Shown here piece by piece: positions 26,501-38,900 of a stretch of DNA of 64,000 nt (positions are counted from its first letter, which is position 1; the number at the start of each line of letters is the position of its first letter). A program made the position numbers and the translations under genes. The notes under the pieces are model-generated. The model ran no database searches. It saw only the letters and a program-made list of their open reading frames with translations, and was not told the origin of the DNA. The DNA comes from Balanoglossus misakiensis (taxonomy: Eukaryota > Animalia > Hemichordata): contig CM082588.2 in NCBI GenBank assembly GCA_040954595.2, forward strand, positions 546,613 to 610,612. The letters run 5' to 3'.

Positions 26501-29500
26501 TGAATGAGAGCTTTTCCTGAATCTTATAGCATTCTTGATTATGAAAATGTGTTTTTACTCTTAATAACCAGAATAAAAACGACCAAAAGACAAAAAACGT
26601 TTTTCCATTAAAAAGTGAACTCAAGATGTAGGTGAAAGTGGTAACAGAAGAATATAGTCTCGAAGGAACAGCAAAAATTGAAATTTTGGGACAAAAACGA
26701 TGACAGAGAAGTAGAAAGCGAGCAAGTACCAGAGCAGGTCAGTGATAGGCGAGCTACTCATCTGATCAGTACAATCAGAGATAAAGACGAGTTAGCCCTG
26801 AAAGCGAAGTTTATATTTAACTTAATAACAAACACATCTATTTAATTTGTTAGGCGGTAAAGGTCAGAGCTAGGTGCTGGCTACCTTAGTTTAGACTTTT
26901 GCCCATACCTGTGGAACAGTCACTCTGCTGGAGATAAGCGGTGTGAATCATATCACTGGTGCTATCATCGGCAGTTCTCTTTCAACTTTCTGCTTTCGCA
27001 GACTGAAATTTACTTCTAGCAGAACCAGGTAGGTGATTTAACCACCCAGATCTCAAATCAATCCATGCTTCCATCGATCACCTTGCATGCCGGACTTGTA
27101 GTTTTTCATTCCGTGCAGGAAAGGGAATGAAATTCAAGGCTAAGAGTGACACTGGTGTGTCACATCAAACAAAAAGGAACAGTACTGTGTTGTGTGTGTG
27201 TGTGCAACGGACTCCATGCATTAAACGCTGTTCTCACATCGGCTTAGACAAACTCGATCGTCACTCGGAGATATTTCCTCAGCTGTGTATTGCTGATTAC
27301 CTTTGATTTTAAGGACTCTAAATTTTTTTTACCAAATTTTGAACTATATACAACCACTTTTTTCTCAATCTGTTGTTTCTTACTGTTCGTATTACAAGGA
27401 AAAAGGAAACAGTTGATTCAACTTGGAAAGGAAGTAAAGCAATCGCTAGTATAAGGAAGACATTACATTGCAATTTTATTTGAGTGATTTGTGAAGTTTT
27501 ATTTCCATTGATTGCTGTTGTAAAACATGAAATATGAATGCATGAAAGAAAGTAATCATAAGGGTTTCAATTTTCATGTTTCATGTACAAACAGATCAAT
27601 TTGTGTACTTAAAAAACTTTGCTAACGTAAAAAAAACTGAGAAAAAATCCATTGTTTGCAGGAAAAAAATATAGAAATTGGACAAGGCTGAGATAACACT
27701 TGGATTTCAGTAATGAGTGAAAGGTGTTAAACTTTCTCAGAGAAACATGTTCGACTTTTGCAAACCAGTTTAGTTTACTTTACATATACACAGTAAAAAA
27801 ATGAACGATTTTCTGATTCAAATTTCTAATCATCACTTCTGATATACACAAAACAGTTGAGGAAAGCTAAAAGTTATGTTGAAAGTGAACTTTTTTAAAT
27901 TCTCAAGTAAGTCTGATAGTCAAAAGCTGTTAAATTCTGGTTCTATAGGCATGCCACTGAAATAATTTTTCAATCACTTCTCACATTTTTACATTATTTT
28001 GTTGGTTGGGCATATCAAAACAGTACATTTCACTTCACAATCATAGTTTCCTTTATATTTTATCATATGTATACCTGAAGCGATACGGAAATCATGCCAT
28101 TAACGTTGCATGTTACTGTATGGCCCTAAACGCTACTGAACTGCAAATCACCAAATCACCGTTTTTTTCCGACGCCAAGGAGTTATAAGAGTGTAAATTC
28201 CATAAAACTTTATTTATGTATTTATGCGGTGTTTTATTTCATCTGGAAATCATTGATGTGTGTGTTTAGAGGATATAAAAACAACATTATTGTAAACCCC
28301 TTTATTTTCTGTATACAACAGTATTGAGGTCCAGTATATCAACTATTCCATTGTTGCATGTCAGACTAAACCTAGTCGAAAGCGTACATTATATTTTAGC
28401 GTTGTTTCTCTATTACTTTCTCATTTTTTTGGTCTTATGTGTTTTTTGTGTGACTAAACTGAATGTTGAAATGATAATTGTAGGCCACAGACTGTGAAAA
28501 ATATCAGTACATGTACTGGATTCACAGAATAATAGCAGTCCGTAAATCCAACAGTGCTCTGACCCAAAACGTTCAGTTAAAAATGAACTCTTGGAGGATT
28601 TTTACATTATAAAAGCATATTTTCTGTTTGGTCCAAAACTGACACAACCATAAATGAAGGAGTTTTAAATCCCAACCAACCTATTTCTAAAAAACAATCA
28701 CTATTACCTAAGATGTTTCACGCACAGTTTTTATTTTGAAAGGCAACTTGGGCCCTCGTTTATGATTGAGTTTTTCCTGGTCCGTCGGCAGGAATCCTGA
28801 GAAAACCACCCACAAATTTCTCAGATCTACAGGTACGCACCCAAAGAGAAAACATAATATTTGAATGCTACTACTGTATTACACCTGGTGGTCCAAATCT
28901 ATGAGAAAAGTAAATTGAAAGAGACTCACATGGGAAAACTAGAAATGAGTCACAAAATGGAGCTTCTCTACACAGCAATATGCTAGTCTAAGAGTATTAT
29001 GTCGAGCTGAGAAATCCCTGAAAGCATCATCCATTGTAAATTTTAGATGTGGCTGTCTTCATGTATGACAAATTTTGGCTATAACTTTAATTAAAAACAG
29101 TTTAATGATTTAATTGCTACCTGGGAAAAACCAGCAAAATCTTCACACTCGTAATTATAACTCAGAGCCATGTTGAATCCAGGGTAGGCTTAAACTCAGA
29201 ACAGCGATATCAGTCGCAAGATTACTCCACGCTTGGGTTAAAATTAACTTAATTATCAATACAAAATGATGCCGCAATAAGTATTAATTAAATGGTTGGA
29301 CAGGTTTTTCATTAAAGTGTTTGTGATTGAACAGCGTTAAGTTTAAAATGTCATAGAATTCCCGTCGTCTTCGTGAAACTAGCGACACGCGAGCTCGAAC
29401 TGTTAAAATGCGACATGCGACCTTGCTGCTGATTGCCGATGTATCAGTGAACAGATTGCCTTGAAAAGTGACAGTTATAGCAAACAACTTGATATTGAGA

Positions 29501-31799
29501 ACTTGCAAAGATGTACCAGTTGTTATCGTCTCATACTGTAAAAATAAGGGTGCCAAAAGAAGCCCTATAGGTTTATCATTTTAATCCAAACTTAATTCCC
29601 ATCATAGCCTAAGCCTTCCAGTACTTGTGTTAGTAGATTTGTCAATCGCTGCATTCATTTTTACGTTCATTTATTACATAGTTTATAGACTTTGCTCTAT
29701 CTTTCCGTATATGATAAAATTCACTTCTAAAAACTTTCACGTTTTCATAGAAAATTCAGTCTCGACACTCAAAAGTACAAAAGCTGTACTGAGAAATACA
29801 CTTTTCTGGACCCCCAGTTTAATAAACAGCTGTCCATGGAATTTTCCTTTCTAGCTTGATTTCAATACATTTACGAACAAATTCTCTCTATTTAATATTT
29901 GTCACCATGATTTTTGTGTGAATTTTTCATGATCTGGTCTCCAATTCAAAACCAGTTTGGTATCTTGCTAGAAATCAGAAATTTCTCCTTGTCGGGAGAT
30001 CGGCACAACGATCATTTTGCGCTGCCGGCAATGGCTTCCCTTTCAAGTATGTGAAATCTCAAGAACCTTAACATTTACAAGTACGTGTCAATATTGTCAT
30101 GTATTTCACTTTGTGGGCATGTTGTCAGTGATACTGGAATTGTAGTATTTTTATCTTTCAATGCCATCCGGCTGGATGTGTTGCGTACCCTATCACTGGA
30201 TCCGCTGTGCGTCTCCGCTCTCACCTTGACATTATTTTCACTGTGCTTCGGAGCGGTGAAACGCACATGTATTCAGTCTGCTGCTAAAAACTACATCGCC
30301 CTAATCATGTTTTTTATTAAAAATTGTTATTCCACGTATTAATCAAAAACAGAAAAGTAGAGAGAATTCAATGTGATGTTAAAACCAAACAGCTGTTTGA
30401 CGACATTGTTGCATTACTTCAAAACACTGGCATGAGCAAATAAAAATGCGACACTTTTACTGTGTATCCCATTCAAAACTTTCACTTGATGTTGACAGAA
30501 GAGTTCACGTAAAGTTGAAGTCACTCTTAGTGACATTTATGACTTTTCATTAGTTACTTTAACCAAATATGTGGCTTATAATTGTACAAATGTGTACACA
30601 GATTATAAGTTTTTATGGCCTGTTTCGCCTTGTACTGAGACCTGGTCGAGGCTTGGTTTGCCTGGCCTGACAGCAGCTACCAAACAACAGAGATAGGTAT
30701 CTGTTCAAAAATCTAGCAGTTCACGTACCACACAATGTACAAGAGATGACCAGCAGGTCCTAATTGCTGTCTTTCTTTTTAATAATACAAAAAAATTGTG
30801 TCTTGTTCATCGTTGTTCATACTTCTGACATCTTCAAGCTTTCCAAGGAGGCAATTAACTATTAAGTGAACTACGACAATCATTATTAGTTGCACCATCT
30901 GAAGTTGTGCGTATGCAGTTGTCTGCCGATGTGAAATGAAACGTATAATCTTATCACCAGGTTTGATATCGCTGTTTTCTAGAGCGCGTACACCACAATA
31001 GCTTGTAAACGGTGCTCACAGAATGAATTCAACATATCAAGGGGTGTACTAGATGGATTTAAACATAAGCAACACTCAATTCATATCATAATTTGATTGT
31101 TTATGGTTACGGGAAAGTTCATTGGATTACAGCATTATATTAAAAGGGGAAAATTCTTACAACACTTTCAGTGTGAGGTCGGAACACAACTGAAATGCAA
31201 ACTGACTTCATCCTGAATTCGAAAAAAAGTTGATTGCATTTACATTTATGCCTTTCTTTTTTAATTTTAAGCGAATTTGCTTTACGCGAGTTTTTCTGTA
31301 ATATGACAGATGTGCTAATTTTGACATCATAGTGAATGTGTTCATATCCTGTACATAAAAATACCGAGCCAACCATGGCTACACCTTTACTTAACAAATA
31401 CCTTGTACCAGTCGGGCATCGCACAAATATTATAAAGCCGCTGAAATAAAGGTGAAGGCGCTGCCCGGCGACATATGACTACGTAGCCACTGCATAGCGT
31501 GCAACGTTTCACCCTCGCAGTCGGGGAAAGGTCACTGATTAACAATAAAAGGGAACTTTGATCGTCAGTGGCAGATTACTCGGAGAGAGCTCCGTGAATG
31601 GCACAAGACTTCAATGCGCAGATCAACAACAGGAACCAACCATATATTAGAAATGTCATGTAATCTCTAAAGTTTCGGCTCCCTAGCGCTTCTATGATTT
31701 GTTGCAAGGCGGAGTTGTCAGTTCTTATCAGTCGCTATCAAATTTCAAGTTGTTTGTGACAGGAGGTACTCCCATTATTCATAGCCTTACCTCATCAAT

Positions 31800-31913
31800 C
31801 TGTCAAAAGCCCTACCTGGTGAAAGTTCACCCTAGACAGAGAAAGTGCCTCTCAACTTCTCTGCCACTTCCTCAACTCAGCCGGCGCGATTCACTTCTTG
31901 CATCCTCGTAAGT
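31800..31913 (+). other. PRDM1: PRDM1 candidate proximal non-coding first exon 1c (5' end uncertain)
   Basis: Donor CTC|GTAAGT at 31907/31908, ~1.07 kb upstream of exon 2 and downstream of a GC/CpG-richer patch (31420-31700). Translation could start at ATG GCC AGC (33003). Confidence 0.4.
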
Positions 31914-32981
31914 TGTTTCTAACATTCTCCTGCTTAACTTTTCTCTCAGCTATTATTTTGTGAATGATGTTTATTGGAAGTTCTACCATCAAGTTTACAC
32001 ACTGTCACTTTGAAGTACTTTTATATGTTCTAAAAGTTTACGCAATTCAGAATGGGCAGAGAACACAGTTGATGTTTAAACTGTTGGTAAACTCTACTCC
32101 AATTCACCCTCGATTTCAGATGTCACTTACGATCTGATGGTATTAATTTTCTGCAACAGATTTTTTAAATTCATCGCCTTTATGGAAGCCACTTATGACA
32201 GTTAATGTTGATGACTTTTCTCAAACTTGAGCTTTCACTAGATTTGATTTCATCACTGAAATTGGTACTTTTTAAGAAAACTTTCTATGACATCAACAAC
32301 TTTATTTTGCTGAATGTTTTCATTAGAAAAGTTGGATTTTTATACAGAGTGATTCATTGGAATGTGAATGACAGGGCAATGAAAAATGATATTGACAGAA
32401 TTTCTATATATATATTATTGACTGGTGCCAGTCTGTACCTACCAGCACGGCACTGCCAGCAATCCCAGAAGTCATTGCAACAGTCATCACCTGTCAATCA
32501 CACAGATGACCTTTCTTTTAATATTTCAAGCAAATCATGTACATCAATATGTTCTGTGTCATTGTAATTCAGACCCATTCACAATAATTATGACCACATT
32601 GAATATGATTTTTACAACATTTATAAATACTTATTAGTTTGTATTTGATCTGTCAAATGCCAATAAACTTGTGGGCATTTGCCGATAAATGCAATGACAC
32701 AGTACCTTCCTGTAGGTGGGCCCTTTCCTGGACACAAGATTTCCAAATTTATAAATCTTACATACTTCCTGGATGTGACATCATCAATGTACAATCTAAT
32801 GGCCAAGTGAACCCTTTTTTGATCCATATGTCATTGACAGCAATTAGACTAATCATTGACACAGTATTGGCATGTGGGTGGGTGGCCTCAGTAGAGAGTA
32901 ACAAGTGTTTGTTTCAATCAAAGCTTGAATTTATCAACCAAAATGATGAAGCTAACAATTTCACTTTTTTGTAATTTTTAG

Positions 32982-35900
32982 GTGAAATGCAATAGAGTGA
33001 AAATGGCCAGCGAGATTGACTGGAAGAACCTCCATGAAGAAGAATATCAACAGAAATGTATTTACTTTGTGTACGACAAGTCTCTCGATGACAGATTAGA
33101 TCCTATTGAATCCAGAGCAAATGCTTCACTACCTCATAATCTCGCTTTCAAATGTTCAGAAGATGGTTCCGAGGTAAGATTTCATTCTTAACATCAGTTG
33201 AATAAATTTCAAAAAGTAACTTCAACTTTTCCTTTTTAGAACTGTCACTTTTTCAGTCTATTCCTTTTTTTCCACATGTTTAATATTCTCTTCCCTAGAA
33301 GCTTTGATTAAACAGAATTTGCCTGTATTCAGTTAGAAGTGTGTAATACCTGCCAGAATCGACGTTGACAGAAATAGGACTTGTAAGAAAATGATACACA
33401 TAGCATCCTTATCATCTCTGTAAACACCAGAACAATACGCGATTCATCTTTGTCAATTACAACCACCTGTTGATTTTTTAAAAACCGTACGGAGCAGAAT
33501 GTTTTTATAAAAGTCACTATTTTTATTCGGCCTTCCATTTCTTTAAAGATAAAACTATTTTGTGCAGAGGAGAATTAATTTTTTTTCTGTATAGCCCTTT
33601 TGATATTTAATAGCTTTACATCAACAACTGTCAGGGCCTGGTCAGGTCTACAATCCATTAAATGTTCACTGTAAGTGAAAGGTGACTGGAACAATTGAAG
33701 TACGTGTTCACGTTATCTTGACTTCATTCCAAAACACCTTATCTGAGATTTGGAACTCTACTTACGCTTAGTGGATGAGTGACAGTTAATTTGCCGCAAC
33801 CCTTGTACACACTCCCACTCGAAGAAAACAGCACAGATGTTCATTTGTCCAGCACGCTGTATCCTAGATACCGATATATTTCAGCCATAGAGGGCAGTGT
33901 ATAGCTTGAACTTTATACGCACAATGATTAAAAGTTTTGTGGCCAGGCTTTCACTTCCTATGCTATGCTGGAGAGTGGAGCGCCTATTACTTTATCACCA
34001 TTCAAATCTGAATACATCAGACTGCAGTGTCAGTCGAACCCTGATGGACAGTTCAGACCTGCCCAGTTTTTATGGTATTTCCTTTTACAACTATGTGAAA
34101 GGGAAACTTCTGCATCAGTCGCAGGCTTTTTTTGGATATGAAGTGGTGACCTGGGCAGGTACGGGTTGAAACAGTCAAGTCAGCCATGGAAGGTATCACA
34201 GAATATTAATCTAGCAATGACGGGGGGTTGATAGATTCACTTGTATTGACAAATATTGACTAATGAATATGCCAGATGGATACTCAGACCTTGACTGGCG
34301 GACCAAGTCAATTTTTAACTTTTACTCTTGCATTTATGAATTTCCAGACTATTGGTGTGTATAGCAAAGAATTCATACCCCAGGGCACGAGATTCGGACC
34401 GCTCATCGGCAAAGCGTACCTGAAAGACGAAGTTCCCGAGACTGCAAATCGGAAATATTTTTGGAGGGTAAGTCTCAATTTTTCCTTCAATTACGAGAAA
34501 TTTCAATTTGCATTTGAGAAGATTTTTCTGATTAATCAAACGATCTATGAAAAATAATTACGACATATATATCAGAAAATTTATTTTATGGAAAATCTGA
34601 GCCGTATGGAAGTAAAATCAATTTTTCCGCAATGAAATAACATTGTTGGATAGAGAAAATCTTTGTATCAAATAACTTGTGAATTTGAAGTGGACAATGA
34701 AAGTGCAGGCAATAATCACTAAAATATAATCAAAACACCATTTAAAAACCATTCAATATTTTAACGATGGTGCACATAAATAGCATTTGTCTCTGCAATT
34801 TATGTTTTTGAATGACTGTGTGTTTTCTAATAAAATCTGACTTTATAGATTTAGACCAAATATCATCATGGTTTGAGTCTGTGATTTATAAATTTGGCCT
34901 TGTCTGTGTTTTCGTTTCCCAAACCTTTTCCGATGTCTGTCTAGACAACTGTTAACCACAAAAAATGCGAGAGGAAAAATCCTTTCGCCCTCTCTAATCC
35001 AATCAGCCTTGAATGAAAAATAAAAACTTGAGCAAGTTTGACTGCCGTGAATCATGTCTACCCTTAACAGGTTCTGTGGCAAAGAGGCCTGGTTTGATTC
35101 AGATACAGTGTCTCATACAAACAGCTTGCATTATTGTTTTTAAGACGGGCAAAAATCTTTATTTTGTTATTTCCAAACAATGTTTATATTGGAATTTGTT
35201 ATGGGGTAAGTTGCTGATTCGTGAAACGGATTACTTTTTGCATATCTGGTTGAAAATTCTGTCCGGAACCGGAAAGCAATCTTGAGTCACGGAAAAGTGC
35301 CCTGATGCACAGTTTGTCATTTGAGAGTGAATCCATTTTTGATAAATGATTCCGTTCAAGGTTTCTGATTTGCTGATAAAATTTTCAGGTTGATTGTTTC
35401 AAGGTTTTTCTTTCCTCTGTTGATTTTAATTGTCCATGAACATTACGAATGAACTTTTTTATCATGGTTACAAAGTACGCTCAAATAGCGCGGTTTCGGC
35501 CCTCGTCAAGGCTCTGTTGAGGTTCCGTGAGAAAATCGTCAAAAAAATCACACTCCAACTGACTTGAAACGAGAGTATAGCTAATGGAATTTTGCTGACA
35601 ATAAACTGAAGTCATATCCAGAATAATCTGTTACATCATATTGTATACACGCACTATAAAAAATGTGTGTAATTCAGAGATCTGACAGGGCCCGATGCTC
35701 AGAAATTTTCCCCCAAAAGTACATCATATTACTGGTGAATACTGCTAATAATTCACCCACCAACTGAAGTTCAATGTCACCATAACTTTCAAAAGAATTG
35801 CATTTCACCATTTTTTCTTTTCTTGTTGACTTCAGATTTACAAAGACAACGAATTCCAGCACTACGTTGACGGTTTTAACCTGAATGAGAGCAACTGGAT

Positions 35901-38900
35901 GCGATACGTGAACCCAGCACACACAAGCGATCAACAGAATCTCGTTGCGTGTCAGTACGGCATGGATATCTACTTTTATACGATCAAACCGGTCGAGAAG
36001 GACTCAGAACTTCTGGTGTGGTACTGCAGGGAGTTTGCAGAGAGGCTCAATTATCCTCCAACAGGGGAACTCATGATGCAGAAAATTAGTAAGTTTTACT
36101 CACTTCCTTAACTTTAAAAGAATGACCACATTTGCTCGTGCGGATTTTATCTCAGTAGCCCCGGAACTAATGAAACATTCAACGCCACTTGATGCAGATT
36201 TATGTGAAACCACAAATTCAAGACCTTACCACAGCTGAAAAGAGATTATCACTGGGCAAGGAATAAAAATTAAAATTGTTCAGCAAAACATTCATCTTTT
36301 TCGCAAATGTTAGCAATGCCCATTTCATTTGAAAACAATGATCAGTGATTTTGATGACTGCGTACCTGAAATTTCAATAATCAGAGCAAGGCGGTCGTGC
36401 AACAGGTACCGGTCCTCGTTGATAACGTTTAACGGTCGATCTGCGCCACAGTCAGGTCTGAACGTACAGCGTTGTGAAGGTTGCTAGACAATGAAGACGG
36501 ACTATGAATGGGGTGGGGGCTGCTCAATTAAAGGTCTTCATGTTAAAATGTAGACAGATTTGTGAATGCGGTGTGGTTAGTTTTTGAAAGACAAAGGTTG
36601 ATCATTGTAGATCGGATACGCACCGGGACTAGCAGTCTCAAAAAGTCGCAAACTGGGTCTTTTTTAGTCGAGTGCTACAAGTCAATAATTCTCCAATTAG
36701 TCAAAAATTCACTAGTTTGTTATACTGGTTTTAACGCCAAAATACTACTACTTTGACCGCAAAATGCAATGCGTCATTAGCTAAGGCTAGTGGATTTACT
36801 CATCTCTGAAACTGAACATTTAATCAGAAATGGGCTCAAGTGATATGCTAGTGTCTCTATCACAGTTCCTTTGAAAGCTTTCTACAAATCAGCAGCAGAA
36901 AAGAAATACACTGGAATACAAGAGATAATACCCAGAGACAATGAAACAAACTAGTTTAGACTCTCAGAGTTCGAGCCATCACCGTAGAATCTTTGATTCA
37001 AACGACGCCTCCGTTACGGACATCAGCCGAGCCTCTCATCGGCCACCGTTCACCTGGAGATCTAAAACTTTTCTGGCCCATAAAATAAGAAAAGTGGAAT
37101 GATTTATAAATGCAATTGAAACGATGTGACAGGAGGATAGAGGTACGGCTAGGCACTCACAGATCCATATGATTGTTTGCTGGGATTTGACCGTGAGACA
37201 ACACATTAATCAACGGATTAATCTAGTTTTTACAAGCCAGTGTCTGATATCACACACATAACAGCAGCATCGTATCAGTGGACTGTAAACTATACTTGCT
37301 TGTGACATGAACACAGCAAATGCTTCCAAATTTGTCCCCACAACTGATCAAAATTTCCCTCGCTTTTTTTCTACAAGCATCTTCATTCATGTCTACAAGT
37401 TCAATGGTTTTTTTTCTGAGACCAGAGAAACATTTGAAAGCTATCTAAGCGCTAAAGGCAACTCTTTCATTCACTGTGATAGGACGAAAACAGTTGCGTT
37501 TCCCCTTTCTTCCTCTTCTCTTGCCATAAGCCGTAAATTGACACATTGTTGCAATAATTCCACCAACCATGAAAAGAACAGATATTTCAATATTATGAAT
37601 TATAGACTATAAGTGCTACAGTACTGCAGCCAATCACAATTTGTCATAAAATTATGTCAAATTTCCTTTAACTGCTCAACTTCAAAATCTACTAACGTCA
37701 AAATGAGAAGTCTCTTTAGGATTTTTGTCTCCTTAGGTTTTGTCTCTATATTATAAATTCATAAAATTGCAGCTTTATGACAAGCGAATTCTCCTTAATC
37801 ATTTTAAATATTAATATAATCAAGAAAACACGTGTGAATTTTAATGCTAAATTTTGCATGTATCTTTTGTGCCGTCGGTGAGAGTTCTGGGAGATTTATA
37901 ACACTTTGGAGGGTGCCTCTCTAAAAAATCATTCAATAATATGAACAGGGGGGTAAAATTAATACTGTAATAAAAGCCTGGTTGACATTATCACAGCTCA
38001 GCGTGTTATAATGTTTGTGTTGTTTTCTAACACAGATGTGGTCTGTAACTGGTGTCTCCTTGCTCCGAACTCTTTTATTATTATCAGTGATGGTTTTATT
38101 ACTTTATATGGTTGGATGAGTTGTTATGATGGATTAGAAAGAAAAGAGGTCAAACGCAACAAAACGGTCCAATTTTCGGCTGAGTGCCGTGCCGGGCTGG
38201 TACACACTGACACCAGGCTTTGCATATAACCATTCCCCTGCTATGGCCACACTGGTTTCTTTATCAGAATCGTTTTTATCAGCTGAACTACTTCTGCACT
38301 TTGGTAAAACCCAATTGCAATAGAAAGCATGTGCGGACAACTTCAACAATAAATAGCGAAGAGTCGCAGGGAATTTCAGAAAATGTTTCACTTCGGAAGG
38401 TTTCAGATCAACTTCTGCATGAAACCAAAAAGCCTACTTGGAACGAAACCAACTCATAGATTCCAAAAATTATGTATCTGTTTTGAAATGTGTAAATTTC
38501 ACAACCACCTGTTGATCACACAGTAATTTGGCAAATTCATATAACTAGATATATAGTTTATTGCATTCATTTATAAGTTAACCATTGCATTACGATCAAA
38601 ACTATTAGACTAATCCTATCATCAGAAAGTAAACTGTTTTGGTGTTCTGGTCCAGCTGATACACCTTGATGTGGTATGACTATAGCGTACAAATTATCAG
38701 TGTTCAGGAAAATTAGTTTACAGTATGTGGTACGTATATGATGTGAAGTTGGGTAGGTGGTTTGTGTGGGGGACTCAGATTTAGCCTGTTCTGTGCGCCG
38801 ATCGCTAACACACCAGAAATAGTCGGGGCAGCGCTACACGAGAATGTGCAAATGTGTGATCAGCAAGCAACTCTATTTGCTGTCCAAATGAAACAGCATC

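Noticed and set aside
29820-30400. Short inverted matches (aaacagctgt, aattctctcta) flanking ~550 bp
   Set aside because: Too short and gapped to distinguish from chance without alignment.
17600-31700. Many 60-120 aa ORFs in PRDM1 intron 1 as nested genes
   Set aside because: No recognisable domains, often non-ATG starts, and no consistent exon chain found.
33129-33136. let-7 8mer seed match CTACCTCA in PRDM1
   Set aside because: It lies in coding sequence (SLPH codons). I saw no let-7, miR-9 or miR-125 seed in the probable 3'UTR.
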